Assembly: GCA_016199985.1 (NCBI GenBank)
Contig: JACQFQ010000013.1
Coordinates: 5,756 to 69,755, forward strand
DNA from: Verrucomicrobiota bacterium
GTDB lineage: Bacteria; Verrucomicrobiota; Verrucomicrobiia; Limisphaerales; UBA11320
DNA length: 64,000 bases
Direction: 5' to 3'
Of this stretch, positions 40,212-49,250 are shown piece after piece (position 1 is the stretch's first letter; every line of letters starts with the position of its first letter). A program made the position numbers and the translations under genes. The notes beneath the pieces are model-generated. The model worked only from the letters and a program-made list of their open reading frames with translations. It made no database searches and had not been told where the DNA came from.

Positions 40212-41390
40212 ATGAAAATCAAGAAGATTGAAACGCTGGTCTGCCATGCGCGGATGCGAAACTGGGTGTTCGTAAAAGTGGTCACCGACCAACCGGGGCT
40301 GATCGGCTGGGGCGAGGCGACGCTCGAGTGGCATACGCGCAGCGTGGTCGGCGCGATCGAGGACATCGCGGAGCTGATCCGGGGCGAAGACCCGACGCGG
40401 CCGGAGCATCTGTGGCAAATGATGCACCGGCAGCACTTCTGGCACGGCCACGGCATTGTTCGCGCGACGGCGATCTCAGGCATCGATATCGCCCTTTGGG
40501 ACATCGTTGGGAAGGTCGCCGGGCTTCCGCTCGCGAAGTTGTTTGGCGGACCGGTGCGCGATTATGTGCGGACCTACTGCCATCTGGGCGGAGGAAGGAT
40601 GGAGGATTTCTACGAGACGCCTGTCGACAATGCGAAGCGGTTCGCCGACCTGGCGCGCGCGGCGGTGGCGGATGGCTTCACGGCGTTCAAGAGCATGGCG
40701 GTGCCGAGCACGATGCCCATTGAGGGCCAAAAGCCGGTGCGGGCCGCCGAGGCCGCGGTGGCGGCGATGCGCGACGCGGTGGGCCCGGACATCGACATCA
40801 TGGTGGACTGCCACGCCAGGCCTTCGCCGGCCATGGGGCTGAAGTTCGGCAAGGCGCTGGACCCCTACGGGCTCTACTTCTTCGAGGAGCCCTGCTGGCC
40901 GGAGTGCGTGGAGGGGCTCGCGAAGATCAACGCGGCGCTCACAACCCCTGTCGCCACCGGAGAACGCGTGACTCACCTCGAAGCGTTCCGGCAGCTTTTT
41001 GACAAGCGGGCGTGCGAGATCTGCCAGCTGGATCTGACGCATTGCGGCGGGTTCACGGCGGCGCGGCGCGTGGCGGCGTTGGCGGAGTCGCACCGGATAG
41101 CTCTCGCCCCGCACAACCCACAAGGGCCGGTGAGCACCGCGGCATCGTTGGAGTTCGGATTCTCGCAGCCGAGTTATGTCATTTGCGAAACCGTCCACAA
41201 CGATGTGCCCTGGCGAGAGGACGTCGTGCAGGAGGGTTTCACCGTGGAGAAGAAAGGCCGGATTGTCCGCCCGAACACCCAACCCGGCCTCGGCATCGCC
41301 ATCAACGAGAAAGCCGTGAAGAAGCATCCCTTCCAGCAGGAGATCGCGCAGCAAGTGTTCTACCCCGACGGGGCGGCGGGGGATTGGTAG
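40212..41390 (+). CDS. dgoD: Galactonate dehydratase-like enolase superfamily (MR/MLE) enzyme
   Basis: [45 protein letters not shown]. Substrate not established. Confidence 0.8.
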   Translation: MKIKKIETLVCHARMRNWVFVKVVTDQPGLIGWGEATLEWHTRSVVGAIEDIAELIRGEDPTRPEHLWQMMHRQHFWHGHGIVRATAISGIDIALWDIVGKVAGLPLAKLFGGPVRDYVRTYCHLGGGRMEDFYETPVDNAKRFADLARAAVADGFTAFKSMAVPSTMPIEGQKPVRAAEAAVAAMRDAVGPDIDIMVDCHARPSPAMGLKFGKALDPYGLYFFEEPCWPECVEGLAKINAALTTPVATGERVTHLEAFRQLFDKRACEICQLDLTHCGGFTAARRVAALAESHRIALAPHNPQGPVSTAASLEFGFSQPSYVICETVHNDVPWREDVVQEGFTVEKKGRIVRPNTQPGLGIAINEKAVKKHPFQQEIAQQVFYPDGAAGDW

Positions 41391-41552
41391 AGCTGCGGTT
41401 TGTGAAGGAGTCAAACTTTATGGCCCTCGATGACAACCACCCTCAGAGGGTCGCATGCGGGCGATGATCAATTGTGTGGACGTGCGCCCAAAGCCTAAGC
41501 AGTCTTCCACCCACATCGTTATCGGGACATCAGAAGTCGATTGTCGCAATGT

Positions 41553-42026
41553 ATGAAAGCGTCTCTTCCGCGAATCTGCAGATGGGTATTGGGCTCCGTC
41601 CTACTGTCCGCCGCTCTGGGCGCCGGGGCTGACGAGGGGACCGGCACCGTGTTGAGCAGCGTCACGCTTGGCGGTTACGTGAGCACAGGCGCCACTTTCG
41701 AGTCGCCAGCCGATACGACGCTCACCGAGCCACAGGTGATCGGACAGGCGCAGGACCTTGGACTGATTGTTATCAACAACTTTGGTGATTCTCCCTATCG
41801 TAGCGGATCTTACCCTGGACTCTCGCTGTCGGTCCTCTCGATGAGCGACGAGCAAGGGATGACGACGATTCTGGCGACCCCTTACGCTCCCGCTGGGGGC
41901 ATGCCTCCCATCGCGGCGGCGGTCCCCGAACCTTCAACGATTTCGGTGGTCCTCGTGGGCGCGATGGGTTTGCTTCTCGCGCGTCGAGGCCAGGCGAGAC
42001 AATCGCCAGGGTTGAAGCAGCCTTGA
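41553..42026 (+). CDS. Small PEP-CTERM sorting domain protein
   Basis: Signal peptide; C-terminal VPEPST + hydrophobic helix + RR. Confidence 0.85.
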   Translation: MKASLPRICRWVLGSVLLSAALGAGADEGTGTVLSSVTLGGYVSTGATFESPADTTLTEPQVIGQAQDLGLIVINNFGDSPYRSGSYPGLSLSVLSMSDEQGMTTILATPYAPAGGMPPIAAAVPEPSTISVVLVGAMGLLLARRGQARQSPGLKQP

Positions 42027-42141
42027 ACTAGGGGCGAAGCCCGGCCGGATTTCCAACGGACCCGCCCATCAGCGCGCCAGCCTGATCGCAGACGGACTGA
42101 TCAGGATCGAGGGTGACTTTCCCCGGACCGACTCCCTTCCC

Positions 42142-43146
42142 TCACTGCTTACCAAGCAGCGCGTCGCCGCGGGTTGCTCGCAGGGTGATGGCTTTATTGA
42201 TGGTCATCGGTTCGTTGTAGTGGCCCTTGCGAAGAAGGACGATATCGCCCGAGCCGGCGACGCTGACGCCCGTCGCCACCGTTTGGAAAGGGCCTCCAAT
42301 GCCGCCGACGCAGGCGCTGCTCCCGGTCCGGCCGGAGCAACTATTGTTGAGGTCCACGAACCATGTGCGGCCCGTGACAATGCCCGCGGAGACGAGCGAA
42401 TCCGCGGTGTCGGCCATGCGATCCAGTTGGCCGCTGGTCAGCACGTTTCCAGTTCCGTCGTGATGATAGGACATCACGTTGTTGAAGGTGTTGCTCACCA
42501 TCCCGATCTGCCCCAGCGACAGGTTGGGGAAAACGGCGGGAAAGGCATGGGCGCCGATCTGATCAAAGGTCCAGCATTCACGGTCCGGCAAGGTGTCGGC
42601 GACGTCGTCGTCCGTCAAACCGCAGTCCGCGCAGGTCTGGCAGCCGCAGCCTTGGGTGTGGCAGAGGCCGAAGTGATGGCCGGACTCATGGAGGACGGTC
42701 CGGGAGGTGGAGTTGTGACTGACGACCACCATCCCGCTGAACGCGCTCCCGCCGCCCGCGTCGTTGTTGATGTACATATTGGCGGCGGAGTTCCGCCAGC
42801 CAAACGCGGTCGGATTGTTGGCCACCGCCGCCTTGATGATCTCGCTGGCCGTTTGGACATCCACGTTATAGGCCTCGGAGTGGTTGGGAACATCCACGAT
42901 TTCCGTGACACGGAAGTGGTAGCCACGACCGAATGTGTCGAGCAAGGTGTTGATGTCGGTGAAGGCCTGCAGAACATCGGCGTCGGTGAGCAGACTGCCG
43001 CCGGGCGGACGCGCGCCGCCGGCGCTGAGGATGAACTTGACGGACATTTTCATCTCGAGCTGCGCCGCGGCCTCGCGCGGCGAGACGAGCAGAACTCCAG
43101 CGCAGACTGGGAGAAAGAGGAGGCAACGAAGGATTGCGGTTTGCAT
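42142..43146 (-). CDS. Secreted metzincin metalloprotease (M43/pappalysin-like) with short C-terminal DUF1565-like segment
   Basis: Start 43146 (MQTAILRCLLFLPV signal). HESGHHFGLCHT zinc motif, DDDVADT, NVMSY Met-turn, LTSGQLDRM. Confidence 0.8.
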   Translation of the reverse strand: MQTAILRCLLFLPVCAGVLLVSPREAAAQLEMKMSVKFILSAGGARPPGGSLLTDADVLQAFTDINTLLDTFGRGYHFRVTEIVDVPNHSEAYNVDVQTASEIIKAAVANNPTAFGWRNSAANMYINNDAGGGSAFSGMVVVSHNSTSRTVLHESGHHFGLCHTQGCGCQTCADCGLTDDDVADTLPDRECWTFDQIGAHAFPAVFPNLSLGQIGMVSNTFNNVMSYHHDGTGNVLTSGQLDRMADTADSLVSAGIVTGRTWFVDLNNSCSGRTGSSACVGGIGGPFQTVATGVSVAGSGDIVLLRKGHYNEPMTINKAITLRATRGDALLGKQ

Positions 43147-43348
43147 AAGCTGAGCGAGCCATTCGTGGATTAGGCGGACGCTGGCAGGATCGCGGTCCGA
43201 ATGAAAGCAAATTGAGGCATCAAACCGAGGGCGCTTCACGCCAGCCGGGGAGAACGAGAATAGGAGGAGAACCGCGGATGACGGATGACGCGGATAACGC
43301 GGATCGGAAATAAAAGACAGGATTCCCAGCTTCCCATCCGTGAGGAGT

Positions 43349-43825
43349 TCAATCGAGTTCTCCATCATACACGGCCTGGGTCCAACGCCAGTTCGTGAGC
43401 TCCATTTTCTTCGAGATCGAGGTCACCTTGGCGTGAGGAAACGCTTGTTGCAGTTTCCTTATACCTCTTTGTGAAACACGCGTCCCAACCAATCTGATCT
43501 CTTTTATCAATCCGACATCGCATGCATGCGTTGCGGCGCGGGCGGCCACATCTGCATGTCGATCTGAAAACTCTGCTCCCGGCCAAATCCATCGAACAAT
43601 TATGTCGTGCTCCTTTAATACCTGACAGTCGCTATTCAGATCGGCCAAACGAGAGACTAACTGCACCACATCCTTCATATTCCGGCACTGTTCCGGTCTC
43701 AGTCTGCGTGGTGGATGTTGGTGCCTCTCGTAATCCTCGGCTGTGATGGTGAATAATTCCCTGAATTCCTCAGGAAAGTCATCAAGCGGCACAGTGAACG
43801 GTGCCTGAGGTTTCTTGTTTTTCAT
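43349..43825 (-). CDS. Hypothetical protein with LRR-cap-like C-terminus
   Basis: 158-aa ORF with AT-richer codons; IRLVGTRVSQRGIRKLQQAFPHAKV resembles the end of PVC leucine-rich-repeat proteins. Confidence 0.55.
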   Translation of the reverse strand: MKNKKPQAPFTVPLDDFPEEFRELFTITAEDYERHQHPPRRLRPEQCRNMKDVVQLVSRLADLNSDCQVLKEHDIIVRWIWPGAEFSDRHADVAARAATHACDVGLIKEIRLVGTRVSQRGIRKLQQAFPHAKVTSISKKMELTNWRWTQAVYDGELD

Positions 43826-44271
43826 GATGATGACTTAGAATCCTGCTAATTCTTGGGAACTAAGCGAGAATTTGCGTGGTGTCGGCAGAAAACTTCAGAC
43901 CACACACAACCCCCGCCCTCTGGCGGTCCACAACGAGCACCACCGCGAATTAAAAATCAAGACGCTGGTATTTATCACTCCCGAAGCCGGAGCGCGCAAG
44001 CTCGAGACCGGATATGGCGAAGCGGTTCGCATCATCGCTGAGAAACGACATGCAATCGAAGTCGAAATCGTCGGCATCTAAAGCGGTCGGTTTAGCAGAG
44101 TCTTGTAATAAGCTCAAAATGGAGCAAAGGGTCGAGTTTTTAGGATTGTTAAGAAACGCACGTGCCCTTGTGCGTCCGTGACGCTGAATCCTTTTCAGGA
44201 ACCTTCGACCATGTTTGAGCACATGGGGCAACCGAAGCATAGAGGCGTCATTCAGCATGGTGAAGCGGCTC

Positions 44272-45657
44272 CTAGGAAATTGCAGAACGCCGCGCTGGTA
44301 CAAAACCATTGCGCGCGACACGGTGAACGTAGGTTTCTCTGTGGGATATGGCAGACACCGCGTCATCACTGCGGAGTTGATGGGACAGAATTTCCATGCG
44401 CGTGCCGTCATGCAGACCGCGGAACAGTTCGGCCGTCATCCATGCTCCAGCGCAAGCGCCCACGAAGGATGTCGAAATTGCTTTCTTCGCCAGAGTTTCC
44501 GCGAGAACGCCACATTCACCCTTGCCGTGGAACTCTTGGACCAACCGAGGTTGAACCATTCTGTGCGGATTCTCTATGCCGTACGGCCATAGTTCGCGTG
44601 GGATTTTCGCCGCATCTGGGAAAGTGTGCAGCAGGAATGAATCGAAATCGTCCAGGGAACTTCCGAGCCCGCACTCAACCACGAGGTCGAAGCCGGCGTC
44701 GCCGAGGTGCCGACGCGCTCCAGCCGAATCGAAACAGCAGAGCGCGATGCGAGGTTCATCTGATTGACGCTGCGTGAGAGCATCAAAGGCACGCTCATAG
44801 ATGCTTGTCGAGAAGCCTCGCGCTTCCAGCCAATCGGAGACGATGCGCGTCTTGTAGCGACCTATGTGCTGGGATTCGCACAAAAGGCCGGCGCTCATGT
44901 TTCCTTCGACTGCGCGGTCGAAGTCCTGAAGCTGGACTGTGACCTGCGACGAATCGGCGAAAGGCAGCAAACCAAGGTTCCAAGCGACCGCCTGACCGAG
45001 ATGTCCGAGGCCGAGCAGCCAAAACTGCTTTGGCAGGTAGGCGAGTTCCGGCCCCTCCGCGTCCGAATCAAGCCATCCGCTCAATGGATTCCAAAATGAT
45101 GCGCCGCCAGCCACATGGGCAGCCCGCACGCAGATGCCCGACGCTCGGAAGAACGCCTTCGCGACGCCGAGAGCGCCCGCGAAGATTCCTCCCGTGGCGA
45201 AGTCTGATCCGCTCGGCGGGGCAATCATCTCATCGGCGGGAATCACACCACCGCGCCAGCCAGTCGCCAGCACACGCAAGTCGGTTGAGGTTGCGGGCGA
45301 AGAGTCTGGCCCAATGAGCAATACTTCGCCGGATTGAGGCCGGCCATTGACTAAAAGTGCGCCAAGGCTGCGGACAATTTCGTCCAGAGACAGTGCTCCA
45401 GGCCACGGTAAGAGGCATCTGACTGACTCCGGCATCGAAACAGATGTGCCGCCGTGAAAAGCACGTTTGCCGCAGTTTACTGCGGTTAGCAAGGCGGCTT
45501 GGAGTGCAGAAGAATTGCGAATACTTGCGTCACAAACCAGGTGAAGCCGCAATTCACTCAAGATGCGGAGGGACTCATCGTAGCCGACACTGCGCTTGAG
45601 CATGATGGCCTTGGCCAGCCGGCACAGATTGTTCTCGTTGAGACTGTCAGTTGTCAT
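44272..45657 (-). CDS. bilD: E1-like (ThiF) Ubl-activating enzyme, BilD-like
   Basis: N-terminal inactive adenylation-like half, LLGLGHLG, QDFDR...N, KTR, CFDSAGARR, ECGLG, C-terminal GECG candidate catalytic Cys; ATGA overlap with the JAB gene. Confidence 0.85.
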   Translation of the reverse strand: MTTDSLNENNLCRLAKAIMLKRSVGYDESLRILSELRLHLVCDASIRNSSALQAALLTAVNCGKRAFHGGTSVSMPESVRCLLPWPGALSLDEIVRSLGALLVNGRPQSGEVLLIGPDSSPATSTDLRVLATGWRGGVIPADEMIAPPSGSDFATGGIFAGALGVAKAFFRASGICVRAAHVAGGASFWNPLSGWLDSDAEGPELAYLPKQFWLLGLGHLGQAVAWNLGLLPFADSSQVTVQLQDFDRAVEGNMSAGLLCESQHIGRYKTRIVSDWLEARGFSTSIYERAFDALTQRQSDEPRIALCCFDSAGARRHLGDAGFDLVVECGLGSSLDDFDSFLLHTFPDAAKIPRELWPYGIENPHRMVQPRLVQEFHGKGECGVLAETLAKKAISTSFVGACAGAWMTAELFRGLHDGTRMEILSHQLRSDDAVSAISHRETYVHRVARNGFVPARRSAIS

Positions 45658-46130
45658 AAACCAGAGAGTCGCACCCGTCCACCTGTCGGGAGCCAGCGCT
45701 TCCAGCGGTGGCGGCCGAGATATTCATGGATTCCTACGCCCGTAAGCGTGGATTGAGGACGTTGAGCGTAATCAGGAACGATGAGCGAAACGTGTCCTGG
45801 CTGGTTGATCATTGGGTTCGTCCGATCAGAAAAACTTTGTCCTGTCCACTCGTGGGGGTGGGTATGAACGTCGGCCAGCACTTGCAAACAGCGCTCCCTA
45901 CAGAGATTCCAGAGATTCACAAAGCCAGAGCCATGAAAAGTAATGATCCCGGTTTCGAGCGCCACAGAATCCAAATCGTCAAAGCACACGAATTCCGAGA
46001 CGATAGAAGTGCCGGTGCCAGCCAGCAGAAATGCCCCGCTTTCTCGACGGCTTTGTCCTCGATTACGCAGTTCTGCAACCACCCGCCCCCACAAGCTGCG
46101 TGGGATTTCCAAACCAGTCGGCTCATTCAT
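45654..46130 (-). CDS. bilC: JAB/MPN+ metallo-isopeptidase, BilC-like
   Basis: RESGAFLL ... HTHPHEWTGQSFSD matches the exact E...HxHx7SxxD motif; ATG 46130 overlaps the E2 stop. Confidence 0.88.
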   Translation of the reverse strand: MNEPTGLEIPRSLWGRVVAELRNRGQSRRESGAFLLAGTGTSIVSEFVCFDDLDSVALETGIITFHGSGFVNLWNLCRERCLQVLADVHTHPHEWTGQSFSDRTNPMINQPGHVSLIVPDYAQRPQSTLTGVGIHEYLGRHRWKRWLPTGGRVRLSGL

Positions 46131-46593
46131 GGATGCCCTCCAAGCAGTCGTGAACGAATTCGAGATAGCGAACGATGGTGAAGTCCGGTTGCCACCACCA
46201 GCGAGGGAACTGCTGCCGCCATATCTCGTGGCCAATCATAGCCAACCGATCGCATGGAGCGTAGAGCGCGGAAGGATTCCATGACGGTTTGAACACGCGC
46301 GATACATTCACTTCACCCTTCGGCCAACGCTCAGGAGCCAACGGCTTGTTCTCCAGGATGTCCCAGGGACAAGCCGTGGGTGCCTGCTGCGGGTAGCCGT
46401 CCACCGTGAAACGAAGGTACATCCGGCCGTCGGTGATGAATCGCTGATCCACATCGACCCATAACACAGCGTGCGGCCAGACCCCCACTCCGTCTTGTTG
46501 GTGCAATCCCCACTTTCCCAGAGAAGCGCCGAGTTGAAAGGGCGCCTGCTCCAGATGGAGCCGGAATAGGCTCTCGTCGGGACTCGCCATCAT
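46123..46593 (-). CDS. bilB: E2-like Ubl-conjugating enzyme, BilB-like
   Basis: YLRFTVDGYPQQAPTACPWD (E2 YPxxPP-like) and ALYAPCDR candidate catalytic Cys; TGATG overlap with the Ubl gene. Confidence 0.83.
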   Translation of the reverse strand: MMASPDESLFRLHLEQAPFQLGASLGKWGLHQQDGVGVWPHAVLWVDVDQRFITDGRMYLRFTVDGYPQQAPTACPWDILENKPLAPERWPKGEVNVSRVFKPSWNPSALYAPCDRLAMIGHEIWRQQFPRWWWQPDFTIVRYLEFVHDCLEGIHE

Positions 46594-47096
46594 CAGCCCT
46601 CCACCCGCACTTTCGGGACAAGGCAGAGATCCACGGCGCAAACGCGAGGACGGTTATAGCAGCCGATGTGACTGTCCGTCGGCAACGGCTGATTGGCGTC
46701 GCACTGGAGCCGCAACTCCAGTCCTTGAGCATCGGCGCACGCGAGGCCAAAGGCGCTCGCAGCCCATTTGAGCACGCGAGAGACACGGGCGGATGGGGCG
46801 AAAGCTCGTTCCTTGGCCGCGCCGTTGTAATGGACTTTCACTTCCACACGCCGGCAACAATGGCAGTGGAGTAAGTGACGGTGGCCCACCCCGGCGTCGC
46901 ACAGACGCTGATTGAGTTCCAAAGGCTCGTCGTGGTTATCGAGGAAGAGCAACGTCTCCTCGCCGTTCTCGCGCTGGAGCAGACCAGCGTGGTGGATTTG
47001 GTTGGCGAGTTCGCCCACCGAAGCGTCCTCCACGATGGAGACCTGCATGGGCTCAACGGAGTGCGCGAGGTGAACGAAGAGGTCGAGTGTTTTCAT
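46593..47096 (-). CDS. bilA: Two-domain ubiquitin-like (ISG15-like) modifier, BilA-like
   Basis: 167 aa from ATG 47096; two beta-grasp-like halves; ends VPKVRVEG-stop with a free C-terminal Gly; first gene of the Ubl-E2-JAB-E1 operon. Confidence 0.83.
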   Translation of the reverse strand: MKTLDLFVHLAHSVEPMQVSIVEDASVGELANQIHHAGLLQRENGEETLLFLDNHDEPLELNQRLCDAGVGHRHLLHCHCCRRVEVKVHYNGAAKERAFAPSARVSRVLKWAASAFGLACADAQGLELRLQCDANQPLPTDSHIGCYNRPRVCAVDLCLVPKVRVEG

Positions 47097-47175
47097 ACCT
47101 ATTGTCGGTGCATTCTTGAGTTTGTCGCCGCAGAACTGACTGCGGTTCACCTCTTGACTCGTCTGCGCCTTATCG

Positions 47176-47224
47176 AACGGACTAACGCCACATCGAGATT
47201 TTTCTGAATTTTCTTTGGTCCGTT
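47176..47224. promoter_or_regulatory. Operator-like inverted repeat in the divergent bilA/sigma intergenic region
   Basis: AACGGACTAA (47176-47185) and TTGGTCCGTT (47215-47224), 9/10 complementary, flanking a T-tract-rich spacer. Confidence 0.35.
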
Positions 47225-47265
47225 TTTACCGGCCTTACGAGTATGCTGGTAGAAGAGCTTGAAGC

Positions 47266-47919
47266 ATGGTGAGCACCACGAAAACAGTGCAGCCGGACGA
47301 AGACCACATAAAGCTGGGGTTCCTCGGCTCGTACGAAGAGCGCGCCGAGGCACTCGAGCAGCTTTGGCAAATGTACTCATCCCGCCTGACATCGTATGTG
47401 GAAGGTGAATTTCCGGCTTTACCCAAGGATTTGGTCGCCAATGCGGTTCTTGATGCTTACCGGCAGTTGTTTTCAAAGGTTGAAGCGCAGGATTTTGACT
47501 TGGACAGGCCATTGGTGAACTGGTTGTTCAAGACCTGTTGGCGCCGCGCCGCTGATGAGAGGCGAAAATACGTGAGACGGCCGTTGAACTCCGCAGAACT
47601 GTTGGATTGCATCGGCAATGACCTGGAGGGAACAGAAGTCGGGTCCGACTGGCAGGAACTGGCTCGGCAAGATAAAGCGAAAGAAGCAGCCGAGGAGTTC
47701 CGCCGCTTTCTCCTGACGTTGCCAGACGTACAACATCAAGTGGCCCAGGTCGAAGCGGATTTCTACCCGGACAAGCCCAATCGTGAAGAGATTTGTGAGG
47801 AAATCTATCGTCGAACCGGAAAACGGCCGACGGTTGTGCAAGTCAAGAGCGCCCGTGCGCAGATTTGGCAAAAACTTCGTTCATTTGTCGAACGTCGAAA
47901 GAACAGGAAGAACGTATGA
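47266..47919 (+). CDS. Divergent ECF-like sigma-70 factor
   Basis: Region 2-like ALEQLWQMYSSRLTSYV...DLVANAVLDAY...NWLFKTCWRRAADERRK and region 4-like LLTLPDVQHQVA...EEICEEI...VKSARAQIWQKLR. Confidence 0.75.
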   Translation: MVSTTKTVQPDEDHIKLGFLGSYEERAEALEQLWQMYSSRLTSYVEGEFPALPKDLVANAVLDAYRQLFSKVEAQDFDLDRPLVNWLFKTCWRRAADERRKYVRRPLNSAELLDCIGNDLEGTEVGSDWQELARQDKAKEAAEEFRRFLLTLPDVQHQVAQVEADFYPDKPNREEICEEIYRRTGKRPTVVQVKSARAQIWQKLRSFVERRKNRKNV

Positions 47920-48302
47920 AAACGCCGCCTCAACAGGACCGCGAAGACCGGGCTGTTGATGCCCTGGTCGCGGCCGCTCTGCGTCAAGCAGAGTTCAACG
48001 AACCCAGCGACGAGGAGATTCAGAAATTCCTCGCCAATGTCCCGCCGATGTCACCGGAAGGGAAAGCAGCCCTCGATGCTTTGGGGCCGGATATTGTCCA
48101 ACGCATCACCCAAGCATCATCAAGGCAGTCACCATCCGCTCGCGCCACACAGGCCGAAGAAGAACTCTCGCCTCTCTATATGGCGATGAATCGCAAGAAC
48201 GCCTCCGGCGAGATGGATGCTCGCACCAAGGAGGAACTGGAAAAGAAGCGCAAGGAAGCACTCGAACGCATCAAGAACCGCAAGAAGCAACGCGGCAAAT
48301 GA
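47916..48302 (+). CDS. Small soluble helical protein, candidate anti-sigma factor / peptidase substrate
   Basis: 128 aa, ATGA overlaps at both ends (sigma upstream, peptidase downstream). Acidic N-half, low-complexity linker, YMAMNRK, basic C-terminal helix. Function inferred only from context. Confidence 0.65.
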   Translation: MKTPPQQDREDRAVDALVAAALRQAEFNEPSDEEIQKFLANVPPMSPEGKAALDALGPDIVQRITQASSRQSPSARATQAEEELSPLYMAMNRKNASGEMDARTKEELEKKRKEALERIKNRKKQRGK

Positions 48303-49102
48303 AGATTGGCGAGGTCGAGCAACAGGCGGACGATGTTTTGTCCGCCTACGAAGTGTGTACCGCTCCGGTCGATGTGCTGACAATTGCAAAGGCAGAGGGA
48401 ATCGAATTGGCCGAAGGTGACTACGCGGAGCCGTTCTGTGGCCGCATCGAATACCATCGCGAGGTCGGAAGTTTTGTTCTGTTCCATCCCCGGCTGGAAA
48501 CGGCCAGGAGCTTGGGCCGCGCTCGATTCTCGATTGCGCACGAGCTGGGTCACTATTTCCTGGAGCATCACCGTGCGATGCTCATGTCGGGAGGAAGCCA
48601 CAATTCCACCAGCGATTTCATCTGTGACGACGCTTTGGAACGCGAAGCGGATGGATTCGCGGCTGCATTGCTGATTCCGTCTTTCGCGCTTCGACAACGA
48701 CTTGCGCGTCGCCGGTTTATGACCTTGCGCGAAGTCCTCGCGCTGGCGCAGGAATGGCAAAGTTCCGCCACGAGTGCTGCCATCCGCTACGCCCGCTTCA
48801 CGTCGGAAGCGTGCAGCGTTGTAGTTTCGCAAGACGGTATCGTCCAGTTCTACTCACCGTCCGATGAAGCGAGGGCGATGGGGTTTGGCTTCTTGCGCAA
48901 GGGAGCGCCCGTTCCTTCACGCTCGAAAACGTTCGACGCGGGGAAGCCTGATGTCGCAAATGACATTCGCGAAGGCACAAGCAACACCGAGGACTGGTTC
49001 TCTGAGCGACGATTCCACCGGGAGCTTTGGGAAGAAGCTTTCCCCCTTGGCGGCACCGGCATGGTGCTTACGCTCCTTGCTCTGAAAACAGGGCCGGACT
49101 GA
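48299..49102 (+). CDS. ImmA/IrrE (M78) family zinc metallopeptidase with C-terminal GAF-like extension
   Basis: PVDVLTIA, RARFSIAHELGHYFL (HEXXH), EREADGFAAALLIP, SSATSAAIRY; no N-terminal HTH. Confidence 0.9.
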   Translation: MKIGEVEQQADDVLSAYEVCTAPVDVLTIAKAEGIELAEGDYAEPFCGRIEYHREVGSFVLFHPRLETARSLGRARFSIAHELGHYFLEHHRAMLMSGGSHNSTSDFICDDALEREADGFAAALLIPSFALRQRLARRRFMTLREVLALAQEWQSSATSAAIRYARFTSEACSVVVSQDGIVQFYSPSDEARAMGFGFLRKGAPVPSRSKTFDAGKPDVANDIREGTSNTEDWFSERRFHRELWEEAFPLGGTGMVLTLLALKTGPD

Positions 49103-49250
49103 TCGCGCGCGACCGATTTAACCAAACCGCTTGCACTTTCTGCGCGGCGTGATACAAAACGCCATTCCTTCCAGCCACACGGTCAACGCAACCGAGTTGC
49201 GATAACGGGACCGGGTGAATACGGAAGGCGGCCATCGGCAAACGACACCA

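Noticed and set aside
43271-43310. Short GGATGAC(GC) tandem, and palindromic tracts at ~54440-54678
   Set aside because: Too short or degenerate. No regular repeat-spacer structure, so not CRISPR; probably remnants of dispersed intergenic repeats.
44272-47096. CBASS/Pycsar or thiamine/molybdopterin sulfur-carrier interpretation of E1, E2 and JAB
   Set aside because: No nucleotide cyclase, effector or cofactor-biosynthesis genes. A separate E2 and a two-domain Ubl fit the Bil type.
49131-49158. TTGCAC-N16-TACAAA promoter-like sequence before the small ORF
   Set aside because: The -10 element lacks the conserved final T; not enough support to call.
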